A DNA stretch of 64,000 nt from Candidatus Babeliales bacterium (GCA_963722255.1 CAVRJO010000002.1:192001-256000); one strand, 5' to 3'; shown: positions 1 through 9,492, counted from the stretch's first letter. The notes: generated by a model not told the origin, from the sequence alone. Numbers and translations: made by a program.

Positions 1-364
1 CTAAATCCGAATCTTGTCTTTTAATAATGCTTTGAGCAGCTTGTGCAGTAGCAGGAGAATCAAAACGAATACGTGCCTCATTTTTTTCTATAGTATGTGA
101 AACAGGTATGATATGCGCTTCGTTATCAAGCTTTTTTGATAAGCTAACAACTTTATCAAATAGTTCAGTTTCAACCGCTTTATCAGTTTGTACCTTTAAC
201 GTTATATAGGTTCCCCCTACAAGGTCAATACCAAACTTTATACGATCAGGACGTAAATGGACACCACCATTATAAAATGTAAATAGATATGCAACTATGC
301 CGGCCGCTGCTAACATCCATAGAAGAAAACCTGAACGAGTCAAACTTGTCGTCGATAAATTCAT
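1..364 (-). CDS. secD: Protein translocase subunit SecD, 5' part (runs off window start)
   Basis: Manual translation MNLSTTSLTRSGFLLWMLAAAGIVAYLFTF...IKFGIDLVGGTYITLKV: N-terminal TM helix plus the SecD GxDLxGG motif; AAGGA Shine-Dalgarno upstream. Confidence 0.85.
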   Translation of the reverse strand, partial: MNLSTTSLTRSGFLLWMLAAAGIVAYLFTFYNGGVHLRPDRIKFGIDLVGGTYITLKVQTDKAVETELFDKVVSLSKKLDNEAHIIPVSHTIEKNEARIRFDSPATAQAAQSIIKRQDSDL

Positions 365-457
365 ATTGATTTTTCCTTTACCTAAAAAATATATCCACTG
401 CTACTCATGAAACTTTCCCACAAAAATAATAATATCGGTCCAGCCATTTCCTTGATT

Positions 458-563
458 GCCCTACTCTGCCAAGACTACGAAGGGCATACTTCGCTATTTT
501 TCAATCTATTTTGTTATTCCTTAAAATAATTGGCCTGCCATACGAAGCTTTAGCGAAGTATGG
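458..563. repeat. Two short CGAAG/CGTAG-type palindromic repeat units next to the tRNA-Leu 3' end
   Basis: 538-563 CCATA-CGAAG-CTTTAG-CGAAG-TATGG; 458-485 on the - strand GCCCTT-CGTAG-TCTTGG-CAGAG-TAGGGC; 485-496 is the reverse complement of 551-562. Confidence 0.6.
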
Positions 564-647
564 TGCGGAAGAGGGGACTCGAACCCCTACAGGATTTCTC
601 CCACAGCCCCCTCAAAGCTGCGTGTCTGCCAATTTCACCACTTCCGC
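561..647 (-). tRNA. tRNA-Leu (anticodon GAG)
   Basis: GCGGAAG acceptor stem, D-loop TTGGCAGAC, anticodon arm CAGCT-TTGAGGG-GGCTG, long variable arm, GGTTCGAGTCC T-loop, encoded CCA. Confidence 0.95.
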
Positions 648-1089
648 TTGAAAATGGTAATAACGTTAAGAAATGTATCAGATTTAAGAGCATTTATCAA
701 ACTTTAATTACGTTTTTTAGCGTAGTAAATAAAAAAAGGCCTGCTTTAAAAAAGTCAGACCTTTCTTATAACGTTAATCTACAAGATTATTTAGTTTTTT
801 TAGTACTGTTATTCACCTGTGCTGGATTATTTCGAGTAATAACTTGAGTACAACCCATAGAGTAGTTTCTGTCCCACAAACAATGCAGGAATTTTATACT
901 CTTGTATTAACTCCGGTTTTCTAAGCAAATAACCGGCTGTAAATAGCGACGCAGAATTTTCTGCTACTAGTTTTAGAATAGGATTTGAGTATTTTATTGA
1001 TCCACGAAATTGCTCATAACAATTTTTAGCAAAAGACCCAAGCATACTATAGTGAACCCCTTTGTCAAGACACGAAATTAAAAAAAAAT

Positions 1090-1971
1090 TTAAATCATAG
1101 CGGCTCCAAGTTTATAAATTTGTGAAGCTATAAAACTTTCGAATAATTCTTTTTTAGATGGAATAATTTTTTTTGCGAAAATAGCGTCTGGTGCGTGATA
1201 ATTAAGCTTTGAATGATAACGTCGTGTATTATAAAAAACAATGTAACTTGCAAGCGCATCTCTTACCTGTTGAACTGTATCAAAGCTATGCAAATGTATC
1301 ATCTCATATTTTATCGTACGCCAAAGCCTCTCAATATAAACATTATCTGCCCATCTTCCTTTACCATCCATACTTATTTGAATTCCATATTGTTGCACTA
1401 ATTCAACCCACAGAGCACTGGTAAATTGACATCCTTGGTCGCTATTAACAATTTCTGGAATACCATGTTGCAAAGCACTATTGAACGCCTCTATGCATAA
1501 CGCTGTATCAAGAGAAATTGACAATTTCCATCCCATGATTTTTCGACTAAAAACATCAATTAAGCAAACCAAATATACAAAACCACCCCGTATTTTTATA
1601 TAGGTTATATCTACTTGCCAAACCTGATTTGGTCGATTAATAAGCAACCCACGCAATAAATAAGGAAATACTTTGTGCCCCTGATTTCGTATGGTTGTTT
1701 TTTTGCGAGGGTAAATGGCCTGGATGCCCGCTATCTTAAGCAACATAAAAACTTTTTTATGATTAACCAAAAAACCATTTTCTCTTAAAGCTACTGTCAT
1801 GCGCCGATAGCCATAGGAAGGCGTTTCTTGATAAATTTCACGTAGCTCATTCATAATAATTGCATCATTATTTTTTTGAGGTTTAGGCTTGTAATACATC
1901 GATCCTCTCGATACATCTAAAAGTTCACATTTTCTTTTAAAGTCTATTGCTTCATTTACACACTCAACCAT
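1090..1971 (-). CDS. IS3 transposase OrfB (integrase/rve DDE core)
   Basis: YGYRRM, VNHKKV, WQVDITY, NSDQGCQF, DNVYIERLWRTIKYE motifs. Confidence 0.95.
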   Translation of the reverse strand: MVECVNEAIDFKRKCELLDVSRGSMYYKPKPQKNNDAIIMNELREIYQETPSYGYRRMTVALRENGFLVNHKKVFMLLKIAGIQAIYPRKKTTIRNQGHKVFPYLLRGLLINRPNQVWQVDITYIKIRGGFVYLVCLIDVFSRKIMGWKLSISLDTALCIEAFNSALQHGIPEIVNSDQGCQFTSALWVELVQQYGIQISMDGKGRWADNVYIERLWRTIKYEMIHLHSFDTVQQVRDALASYIVFYNTRRYHSKLNYHAPDAIFAKKIIPSKKELFESFIASQIYKLGAAMI

Positions 1972-1991
1972 TTCCTTACGCTGCTTTAAAT

Positions 1992-2267
1992 CTATCGATT
2001 GAGCGAGCGTTCTAAAAAATCACGCTCTGCCGTTATTTGACCAATTACTCGATAAAGCCTATCAATTTCCTCTTGTTGGTCCTTTTCTTGTTTCCCCTCA
2101 AAAAGGTTGCTCATATTTTCTTCAGCATGTCTTTTCCAGATAGAGATTTGTGCAGGAGCAATGCTATGTTCCTGACTTAGTTCGTTTAAAGTTTTTTGTT
2201 CTCTAATAGCATCTATAGCTACTTTTGCTTTGAATGAACTACTATGTTTTTTATATCTTCTTGCCAT
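1992..2267 (-). CDS. IS3 transposase OrfA (HTH)
   Basis: RYKKHSSSFKAKVAIDAI...QISIWK...IGQITAERDFL; T TTT TTA slippery heptamer at 2013-2019 opens the -1 frame into OrfB. Confidence 0.9.
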   Translation of the reverse strand: MARRYKKHSSSFKAKVAIDAIREQKTLNELSQEHSIAPAQISIWKRHAEENMSNLFEGKQEKDQQEEIDRLYRVIGQITAERDFLERSLNR

Positions 2268-2639
2268 AAAAATTCCCCGATAATAATGTTCACTTTCATG
2301 TTCATTAAAAACTAACACATTTTTAATTTTATCGTGTCAAGTTTCTGGGGTTCATTATATACAAGCTCCAATTGCTCCTACCACAAAAGCATTGTCCTTT
2401 ATTTTAGTACGATCAAAATACAGGCAATATAGTCCGGCGAACGTAAATAGAGAATTATCAACAACTGTTTTTGATAATGCATGCCCTATTTTTGAAACCT
2501 TTGCGCCCAAACCTTCATTCATTGTAAAAGAAGTTGAAACTACACAAAATAGAGCTACCAATACTATTGTACAAAACTTTTTGTTCATATATACCTTTCG
2601 TTTATTTGTATTTTAAAAGCAATTTTTTTAATTTTAATA

Positions 2640-3185
2640 CTATAAAATAGTTACAAAACCATCATCTTTATTTAATTTTTTATAATTTCGGGCAAAGGTT
2701 TGCAAAATGTTACATGCAACAAAACAACTAATCCAAGGATGATTACGAATTCCTTCACGATCACAACAGATTTTTTGGAGTGCTAACCCCAAGTCATAAG
2801 GCACATCTACAACAGTCTGTAAAAGGCTATTTCGAATTTGAATTTTATTCTCGAAAAAACCATGGTAGAATACTGGAACAATTAAAGAACTTGCAATTGC
2901 GACACTTCTACCAGGATTATCCTTAATGAAATCCTTTTCAATCCACAAATGCCAAAGACCAAAACATAGGCTTAAAGGACTTTTTATTATTGTTTTAGCT
3001 ACGCCATGACACAATCCAGAAATCACATAAGTGCCGCCCTTTTTAATATTTGATCCCCAATTATTAACATTAGTTTCTTGATCACTTCCATCGCCAAGAT
3101 CAAATTTCATTGCAAACGAGTTGGCAACAAATAGTAATGAAGTCACTAACATCAATTTTGTGCACAATTTTTTATACATAAACAC
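2640..3185 (-). CDS. Hypothetical secreted/membrane protein, tandem paralog family
   Basis: Signal peptide ending ANSFAM, nearly identical to the neighbour; two hydrophobic helices each followed by IKDNP/IRNHP. Confidence 0.7.
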   Translation of the reverse strand: MFMYKKLCTKLMLVTSLLFVANSFAMKFDLGDGSDQETNVNNWGSNIKKGGTYVISGLCHGVAKTIIKSPLSLCFGLWHLWIEKDFIKDNPGRSVAIASSLIVPVFYHGFFENKIQIRNSLLQTVVDVPYDLGLALQKICCDREGIRNHPWISCFVACNILQTFARNYKKLNKDDGFVTIL

Positions 3186-3220
3186 CTTTCATAGGAAACA
3201 GTTTCTAAAGAATACCTTTA

Positions 3221-3712
3221 TTATTGCTTAATATTGTCATTAGTTGATGCCGGAATGCGATTACATACTGTATTCAAAAGCACAGATAGCAACGGCAATG
3301 TTACAAATTGTGCAGCAACAGCTCCTGTCATCCAAGGATGATTCTTTATTTGATCCCTTTGACACACTAATGCATATCCTGCTATACCGGCACTAACAGA
3401 ATAACTACACAGAGTATTTAGTATAAAATTTTTAGGATATTTTATTCTTGGCACCAGAAAATTTTTTACAAATGATCCTGCTAAACCCGCAGCAACACAA
3501 CCAGCCACTATCTTATTCTGGACTATTGCCTCTCTATTAAAAGCTAAATAATAGGTCCCAATAGCAAGAGGAGCCGTGTTCTCAATAAGCGTACTCACAC
3601 ATGCAAAGCCAAAAGTAGGTTTCGCACCCCTTTTCATTGCAAATGAGTTAGCAACAAATAGTAATGAAACGACTAACATTAATTTTGTGCACAATTTTTT
3701 ATACATAAACAC
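3221..3712 (-). CDS. Hypothetical secreted/membrane protein, tandem paralog family
   Basis: MYKKLCTKLMLVVSLLFVANSFAMK N-terminus shared with 2640-3185; hydrophobic helices; IKNHPW motif. Confidence 0.7.
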   Translation of the reverse strand: MFMYKKLCTKLMLVVSLLFVANSFAMKRGAKPTFGFACVSTLIENTAPLAIGTYYLAFNREAIVQNKIVAGCVAAGLAGSFVKNFLVPRIKYPKNFILNTLCSYSVSAGIAGYALVCQRDQIKNHPWMTGAVAAQFVTLPLLSVLLNTVCNRIPASTNDNIKQ

Positions 3713-3792
3713 CTTTCGTAAATATTTTAGTTACAAATCAGACTATAGAATATCAAAAATATTTACGTTGTACATAAAATAATTTTCTACAA

Positions 3793-3824
3793 AAATAGGC
3801 ATTTGAAATATCAAATGCCTATTT
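3793..3824. terminator. Intrinsic terminator-like hairpin
   Basis: AAATAGGCATTTGA-aata-TCAAATGCCTATTT downstream of ORF 3867-4316. Confidence 0.7.
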
Positions 3825-3866
3825 ACACACAATTAAATTCCGAAAAATATATTTTTCCAGTTCGTG

Positions 3867-4316
3867 TTATTCATTGCAATCATTAATAGTATTAAGAACT
3901 ATATAAGAACCAACAACAAGATTTGCTGGGTCTTGCATAATTTTATCTCGATTTACAATAAAATTATATAACAACCAACAGGATGCAAATGGGTACTTAA
4001 ATGGAACTTTGACTAACGTTGGTAAATCTTTAATAAATGAAACTCTGCTAAGAGCATCACCAATCCAACCTCCTGCTAAACAAGCAATCATATGATTATC
4101 CTTCAAATCGAATAAATTTGAGGACCTCTTGGACACAATATTATGTGAAAATAATGCAACAAAACTGGTACTTAAATTATTTGGATTTAGCCCATTTCTA
4201 ACAGCTTCGCAAACTGATCGATTCATATTAATCAAATCTCTACTTAAACCTGAAACTACAACATTAGTTTTTGTTACACAATAAAGACTCAATATGACTA
4301 AGTAGATTTTCTTCAT
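3867..4316 (-). CDS. Hypothetical membrane protein, distant member of the 0.8-4.3 kb paralog cluster
   Basis: Signal-like N-terminus; LKDNH and IVNRDKIMQDP motifs resemble the neighbours. Confidence 0.55.
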   Translation of the reverse strand: MKKIYLVILSLYCVTKTNVVVSGLSRDLINMNRSVCEAVRNGLNPNNLSTSFVALFSHNIVSKRSSNLFDLKDNHMIACLAGGWIGDALSRVSFIKDLPTLVKVPFKYPFASCWLLYNFIVNRDKIMQDPANLVVGSYIVLNTINDCNE

Positions 4317-4345
4317 ACTATTCCTTTTTTTTGATTTATTTGTTT

Positions 4346-6091
4346 TTATTTTTCTTTTTCACTAACTTTCTTTGCAGCTTTTTTCTCAGCACCAATATTT
4401 TCTTTTGCAGCCGATTCAACTTTTTCCTTCTCAGATGCTTTTTTCCCCTTTTCTGCTGCTTTTGTAACTTCAACAGGGATCTTTGGCGCAACCTTTTTTG
4501 TTACAAAAAAACTCATACCATACTCCCAAATAGAATTAACAACCGAAAGTGGATAACGCCATACTATGGCAATATAATCAAACCAACTCTCTTCTTTCTT
4601 TACTTCTTTTTGAGGAGTCTTTAGTTCAGGAACTTTTTCTTGTTCCTTCTTTTGCGCTTCTTCTTTTTTTTGTTTCTTACCTTTTCTTGCGAGCTTTTCA
4701 GCTTTTTTAATTTTTTTTACTTCTTCTTGAAGATTAATACCCTTAGCCTCTAGAGCTTTGATCTTTTCTTGCGTATCGCTCATGTTTTGTTTAAGAGTAC
4801 TGATTACACTATCAAAATAATGCAGTAAATCACCATTAAGATATTTAAGAATCTCCTGCATATTTTTCAAAAGCGATTCAGTCTGAAGATAAAGCTCTTC
4901 AGCCTTTTCGTCGCTTAAAACCTTCTTAATTGTTTGAAAATTCCTCCATGCACGTGTTTGATAACTATTACTTGTAGTTATCTCTTTTTCTAGTTGCATG
5001 AGAGCTTCATCCAATGATGCATCCATCTCGGTAATCGATTTTAGGGTAGCTTTTAAACTTTTTAATTCGGTAATTTTATTTTCAACTTCTTGCAAAAGAG
5101 TACGTTCTTCCTCTGTAAGATCCCCCTCTTGAACACGTTCGGCTTTTAATTGTTTAACCAAGGTAGAAAGCAGTTGATTTAAATCACCAAGTTCAAATCC
5201 AATAGAATTAGCAAAGGTATCAAATGAACGATCAGTTTTATTTCGTTTTACGAGGTAATCTACGCGAACTTCCAATGTTTTAGTAAAAACATCTTTTATT
5301 TTTTCAATAACATCAATCGTTTTTTCAAGAGCTTGCCGTTTCAAAAGCCAGTTACCGCCCTCTTGCTCAAGAGTATCAATTCCTTCGCCAACAGGCACTA
5401 CTGGTTGCTTTTTAGCTACCTGTACCGGCACTTCTTCATTTTTTGTTTCGGGTACGACCGTTGGTGCTGCAGGTATTTCTTGCTCAACCTTTTTTTTGGC
5501 CTCCTCAGTGGTTGGCGCAACTTCCTTAGCCTCAGATTTTGGAGCTTCGGTTTTTTCTTGAATTGTAGTTTGAGCAGCAGGCTGTGTCATCATTGGTTGA
5601 ATAGCCGTCGGTTGAACAGCAGCTGGCTGAACAGCCGGTTGTTGCACTGGCTGCACAGATAGATTTACTTGAGGTGCCACCGCAGGCTGTGTAACGGGAA
5701 CTGCAGGGGGCGTTACAGCCGGTTGTGCAGCCGGAGCTACAGTAGGAGCAGCCGGAGCTGCAGATACCGGTGCTTGTGGAGCTGCTTGAACCGATGCTAC
5801 AGGTTTTTGAATAGCAGTTTGTTCGATTGCAACTTGTCCCTTTGCGCCTTCGCTTGTGGTTTGAACTATAGGCTGCTGCGTCATTGGTGCACCCGTTGTC
5901 GCCACAGGAGAAACCGGTTGCTGTACTGGCGCCGGTTGTTCCGATATAACTTTTGTTTCAGCTGCAGGAGCGGCAGTTGTAGCAGAAGGCTGAATTGGTT
6001 CTTGAGGAATGTTCTGCGCTGCGTCGACGAGATAAAATAAACTTATACAGTAAAGTAAACAGCAATGCATTGTAACACGCGTGATAATCAT
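4346..6091 (-). CDS. Secreted protein with Pro/Gln/Ala/Val-rich linker and long coiled coil
   Basis: 581-aa ORF: signal-like N-terminus, low-complexity PQAV region, heptad-rich centre, aromatic amphipathic segment, K/E-rich tail. Confidence 0.75.
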   Translation of the reverse strand: MIITRVTMHCCLLYCISLFYLVDAAQNIPQEPIQPSATTAAPAAETKVISEQPAPVQQPVSPVATTGAPMTQQPIVQTTSEGAKGQVAIEQTAIQKPVASVQAAPQAPVSAAPAAPTVAPAAQPAVTPPAVPVTQPAVAPQVNLSVQPVQQPAVQPAAVQPTAIQPMMTQPAAQTTIQEKTEAPKSEAKEVAPTTEEAKKKVEQEIPAAPTVVPETKNEEVPVQVAKKQPVVPVGEGIDTLEQEGGNWLLKRQALEKTIDVIEKIKDVFTKTLEVRVDYLVKRNKTDRSFDTFANSIGFELGDLNQLLSTLVKQLKAERVQEGDLTEEERTLLQEVENKITELKSLKATLKSITEMDASLDEALMQLEKEITTSNSYQTRAWRNFQTIKKVLSDEKAEELYLQTESLLKNMQEILKYLNGDLLHYFDSVISTLKQNMSDTQEKIKALEAKGINLQEEVKKIKKAEKLARKGKKQKKEEAQKKEQEKVPELKTPQKEVKKEESWFDYIAIVWRYPLSVVNSIWEYGMSFFVTKKVAPKIPVEVTKAAEKGKKASEKEKVESAAKENIGAEKKAAKKVSEKEK

Positions 6092-6119
6092 AACAATCCT
6101 TCTTTATACTTAGTATAGA

Positions 6120-6578
6120 TTATAAAGTTTTTGCCAAATCTTTTAATTCAAGCAATAAGTTCTTTGATAATTCTTCTGCTTCCCAAGAAGTATAACTCCA
6201 TTGAACGCCCTTATCAACACGCGTTAAAAGCGAACGATCACTTTTGATGTCAATAATATCAATGCGTACAATATTCATCAATGGATGAACTATAGATGGT
6301 GCTCTTACTACGCCTGCACGACCTAAAACACTATAGGCAGTATTGTTTTCTTCTAAAAAACAAAGCATAACTTTTTTTTGCCATACCATATTATGGTATC
6401 CTGTATGCTCTTTATGAATTGATATCAAAATACTTTCTAGGCCTTTAGGATAAACACAATGAATAGGAGTTGTATGAGGAAGTCCTTTTTCAGAAAATGT
6501 TGCCAGAATGCCAACCGGCGCTTTTTTTAAAACTGCAATTAAATCATCAGGAAGTTTAACACCAACATGTTTAGCCAT
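6120..6578 (-). CDS. Pyridoxamine 5'-phosphate oxidase-like FMN-binding split-barrel protein
   Basis: GILATFSEKGLPHTTPI and TGYHNM...KVMLCF motifs. Confidence 0.65.
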   Translation of the reverse strand: MAKHVGVKLPDDLIAVLKKAPVGILATFSEKGLPHTTPIHCVYPKGLESILISIHKEHTGYHNMVWQKKVMLCFLEENNTAYSVLGRAGVVRAPSIVHPLMNIVRIDIIDIKSDRSLLTRVDKGVQWSYTSWEAEELSKNLLLELKDLAKTL

Positions 6579-6753
6579 ATAAAAACCCTTTATCTTGTTA
6601 AAAAAATATAAATTTCATGAATAATTTTTCTCATTTATACACTGTCTATAAAAAGCAATTTAAAAAGCAATTTGTTTGTATATACGAGAGGAAATAACAA
6701 AAATCATGTGCATGTATCTATTGTAACAGCACTGTCAAGAGGGGAACCCCCAA

Positions 6754-7230
6754 TTAACCATCTTTTGGCATGGTATTTTGTATTACTCGAATACTCAGAT
6801 ATAAATGCTCCTGGAGCACAGAATCATCAACATCCTGATCTGAAAATTTCACAGCAGTAGTTTCATTAAAAATTTTTTTTAAATCTTTTATCTGCTCATA
6901 AACAAATTTGTTATTTTCTAAGTATTCTACCATTTCTTCATCGGTTTTACCACGCAGATCTAATGAATATCGCTCAATGAGATAATTTTTAAGTAATGAA
7001 GTTAAGGAAAAATAGAAGACTTTATGATTTTTACGATCCAAAACGGCTAACTCTTCTAATGCTTTGCGCCAATATTTTTTTCTAGCTGCAACTCTTTTTT
7101 GATACCAATAAGAGAATAATCCAACTAAAATCACACATAGACCACAAACAACTATGTGCAAGGAATAGCGAATAAACCATGGGGGTTGGTACCAAATATC
7201 ATACACATCAAATAGTTCTATATCTGTCAT
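6754..7230 (-). CDS. Single-TM protein of Bat/MoxR operon type (DUF4381-like)
   Basis: DVYDIW..PPW, TM helix, ALEEL, FYFSLTSLLKNYLIERY, GKTDEEM; directly downstream of DUF58 gene. Confidence 0.6.
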   Translation of the reverse strand: MTDIELFDVYDIWYQPPWFIRYSLHIVVCGLCVILVGLFSYWYQKRVAARKKYWRKALEELAVLDRKNHKVFYFSLTSLLKNYLIERYSLDLRGKTDEEMVEYLENNKFVYEQIKDLKKIFNETTAVKFSDQDVDDSVLQEHLYLSIRVIQNTMPKDG

Positions 7231-7246
7231 AAAATCTCCATATGTA

Positions 7247-8116
7247 TTATCGTACAAGTCTTTTTGCAAAAAAAAGAAGCAATGGATCTATAAAAGATCT
7301 ATTACTGCGCAAATCTAAACAATCTATTGCATATTTCCTGAACATCGAGTCTTGAATATTCAAACGCTGTTTTAGAAACTTAGATAACCCTTCTGCATTG
7401 TTTCGACAATCAAGCAAAACGAGCTGACCGGTTTCACAATCCTCGCTATAGAGAAATCCCGTTGGAATAAAGCATTGTTCTAAATCATCAAGACAACGTA
7501 ATGCAATAAGATCATACCGTTGTGCAACAATTCCTAACTCTTTTTCAAAATTTTGAGTATCAATAAAATCTGATATCAAAAATAATAACGTATCCTTCTT
7601 ACTTATTTGCGCTAAAAATTTCAAAGCAAGTGCATTATTGGTCATTTTACTTTTAGGCTCGAAAGACCAAAGTTTAGTAAGTATCGAAGAAAGATGAGCG
7701 CTGCCTAATCCCGGAGGTATATAAAATTCTATCTGCTCAGAATATACTACTATTCCTATACGTGCTTTAGAAAAATCAGCAGCCAAGGCTAAAACAGTCG
7801 CAACTTGAGCAATAAACTCTTTTTTTAATAAACCAGATGATCCGTAACAAGTAGAATTAGAGGCATCAAGAGCTATAAGAATAGTTTTAGTATGTTCATG
7901 AATATATTCTTTAACGAGCATTTTATTTGTTCGAGCCGTACTTTTCCAGTCAATAAAACGAATATCATCACCTAATTGATAATCTCTCAACTGTTCAAAT
8001 TCAATACCATAACCCTTTTGTTTGGAGCGATAATCTCCAGCAAAAAATCCTTTCAATAATTTTTTCACCTGCAATTGTAATAATGAAACTTTTTTTTGAA
8101 CATCCGGAGCGAGCAT
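7247..8116 (-). CDS. DUF58 domain (vWA-like) MoxR-associated protein
   Basis: GIEFEQLRDYQLGDDIRFIDWKSTAR, LDASNS, LISDF motifs. Confidence 0.9.
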   Translation of the reverse strand: MLAPDVQKKVSLLQLQVKKLLKGFFAGDYRSKQKGYGIEFEQLRDYQLGDDIRFIDWKSTARTNKMLVKEYIHEHTKTILIALDASNSTCYGSSGLLKKEFIAQVATVLALAADFSKARIGIVVYSEQIEFYIPPGLGSAHLSSILTKLWSFEPKSKMTNNALALKFLAQISKKDTLLFLISDFIDTQNFEKELGIVAQRYDLIALRCLDDLEQCFIPTGFLYSEDCETGQLVLLDCRNNAEGLSKFLKQRLNIQDSMFRKYAIDCLDLRSNRSFIDPLLLFFAKRLVR

Positions 8117-8132
8117 AGATATACCTCTTTAG

Positions 8133-9365
8133 TTATAACATCCAAGGCTTCAAAACATCAGGAATAAGTATTGAACCATCTTCTTGCTGATATGTTTCCA
8201 TAAGAGCAGCAACTAAACGCGGTAATGCCAGTGATGAAGCATTTAAAGTATGAACTAGGATAGTTTTTCCACCAACTTCTTTTCTATAGCGCATTCCACC
8301 TCGACGCGATTGAAAATCGGTGCAATTGCTTGCTGAAGAAACTTCCATATATCGATCCTGTCCTGGAAGCCATACTTCAATATCATAGGTCTTTGCTGAC
8401 TGAAATGAACAATCTTGTGCTGCAAGCAAGCTGATACGATAATGGAGATTTAATTTTTGAAGGAGTTCTTGTGCGCATTGAACCATACGCTCTAATTCAT
8501 TATTTGATTCTTCCGGAGCACAGTAAGAATATAATTCTACTTTTTCAAATTGGTGAATACGAATCAATCCCCGCTCTGTTGCACCATAGCCACCTGCTTC
8601 GCGTCTAAAACAACTTGTCGCTGCAGTCATCCTTAGAGGCAATTGTTCAGCTGAAAATATAGTGTTACGGTACATATTTGCCAAACTCACTTCAGACGTT
8701 GGTATTAAGTACATAGTATCTTCTGCAACCTTATACACATCATCATAAAATTTAGGAAAATTTCCTGCAATCTCTAATGAGCGTTCATTAACTAAGTAAG
8801 GTGGCAAAACAAATGAAAAACCATGGGTAGCATTATGCTTAAGCATAAACATGATGAGCGCGTACATGAGCTTTACTGAATCATTTTTATAAAGCACAAA
8901 GTTGCTACCTGCAATCGTTGCAGCAGCTTCAAAATCAAACCAACCTAATGCATTTCCAAGCTCTACATGATGTTTAATGGCAAATGAAAATTCGGGCTTA
9001 GTTCCAACGACCTTTACTACTAGATTTGATTCCTTACCACCGCAGGGTACATCATCAAAAGGAATATTAGGACACCGTAAATATAAAGCCTTAAACTGTT
9101 CATGTATTTCGTGCAAACTCTTTTCTTGTTCTTTAAGTTTTGCGCCTATTGCTTGCGATTCAATTCGAATTTCCTGTGTAATACCTTTTTTTGCTGATTC
9201 TGAAAGTTCATTTTTACGATGACGTAATTCTTCAACTTCTCGAGTAATGCGACGAACTTCTTTGTCTAAATCTACAAGACGTTGTGCATCAAAAGACGGA
9301 TCTTTCTTTGTAACAAGTTGTATAAAGAGCGCTGGATTTTCATGGGCCAATGTTAAATCTATCAT
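8133..9365 (-). CDS. serS: Serine--tRNA ligase
   Basis: N-terminal coiled coil; LIPTSEV, CFRREAG, GLIRIHQFEKVE, KTYDIEVW, EVSSASNCTDFQSRR, HTLNAS. Confidence 0.97.
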   Translation of the reverse strand: MIDLTLAHENPALFIQLVTKKDPSFDAQRLVDLDKEVRRITREVEELRHRKNELSESAKKGITQEIRIESQAIGAKLKEQEKSLHEIHEQFKALYLRCPNIPFDDVPCGGKESNLVVKVVGTKPEFSFAIKHHVELGNALGWFDFEAAATIAGSNFVLYKNDSVKLMYALIMFMLKHNATHGFSFVLPPYLVNERSLEIAGNFPKFYDDVYKVAEDTMYLIPTSEVSLANMYRNTIFSAEQLPLRMTAATSCFRREAGGYGATERGLIRIHQFEKVELYSYCAPEESNNELERMVQCAQELLQKLNLHYRISLLAAQDCSFQSAKTYDIEVWLPGQDRYMEVSSASNCTDFQSRRGGMRYRKEVGGKTILVHTLNASSLALPRLVAALMETYQQEDGSILIPDVLKPWML

Positions 9366-9470
9366 CGTATAATCCTATTCATAATGTAAATTTTTTAGTA
9401 ATATTTGTAGATTTTATTACGTTAATTACTGTTATGAAGATAACGAAAAAAAACTAATTTGAAAAGGAAA

Positions 9471-9492
9471 AAGGACCGGATATCCGGTCCTT
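9471..9492. terminator. Terminator-like perfect palindrome downstream of the HU gene
   Basis: AAGGACCGGATATCCGGTCCTT, A-rich on its left (U-tract on the - strand). Confidence 0.65.

Larger units (their letters stand above)
1048..2359 (-). mobile_element. IS3-family insertion sequence
   Basis: Inverted ends TATAGTGAACCCC..GACACGA / TATAATGAACCCC..GACACGA; 3-bp target duplication TAC (1045-1047, 2360-2362); orfA/orfB organisation. Confidence 0.93.
827..2588 (-). pseudogene. Small secreted/membrane protein (paralog of 2640-3712 genes) split by an IS3 insertion
   Basis: Removing 1048-2359 plus one TAC copy rejoins ORF 2355-2588 and ORF 827-1045 in frame (...VGAIGAC-MLGSFAKN...), matching ...GCVAAGLAGSFVKN of the 3221-3712 paralog. 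Confidence 0.85.

Noticed and set aside
560..847. 95-aa ORF on the + strand
   Set aside because: Antisense shadow of tRNA-Leu and a terminator; no coding features.
5333..6040. Arg/Cys/Ser-rich + strand ORFs
   Set aside because: Antisense by-product of the low-complexity PQAV coding region.
6649..6751. 12-bp tandem repeat (TAAAAAGCAATT x2) and an IS-end-like TGTCAAGAGGGGAACCCCC
   Set aside because: Only two AT-rich copies; no partner inverted repeat or target duplication.
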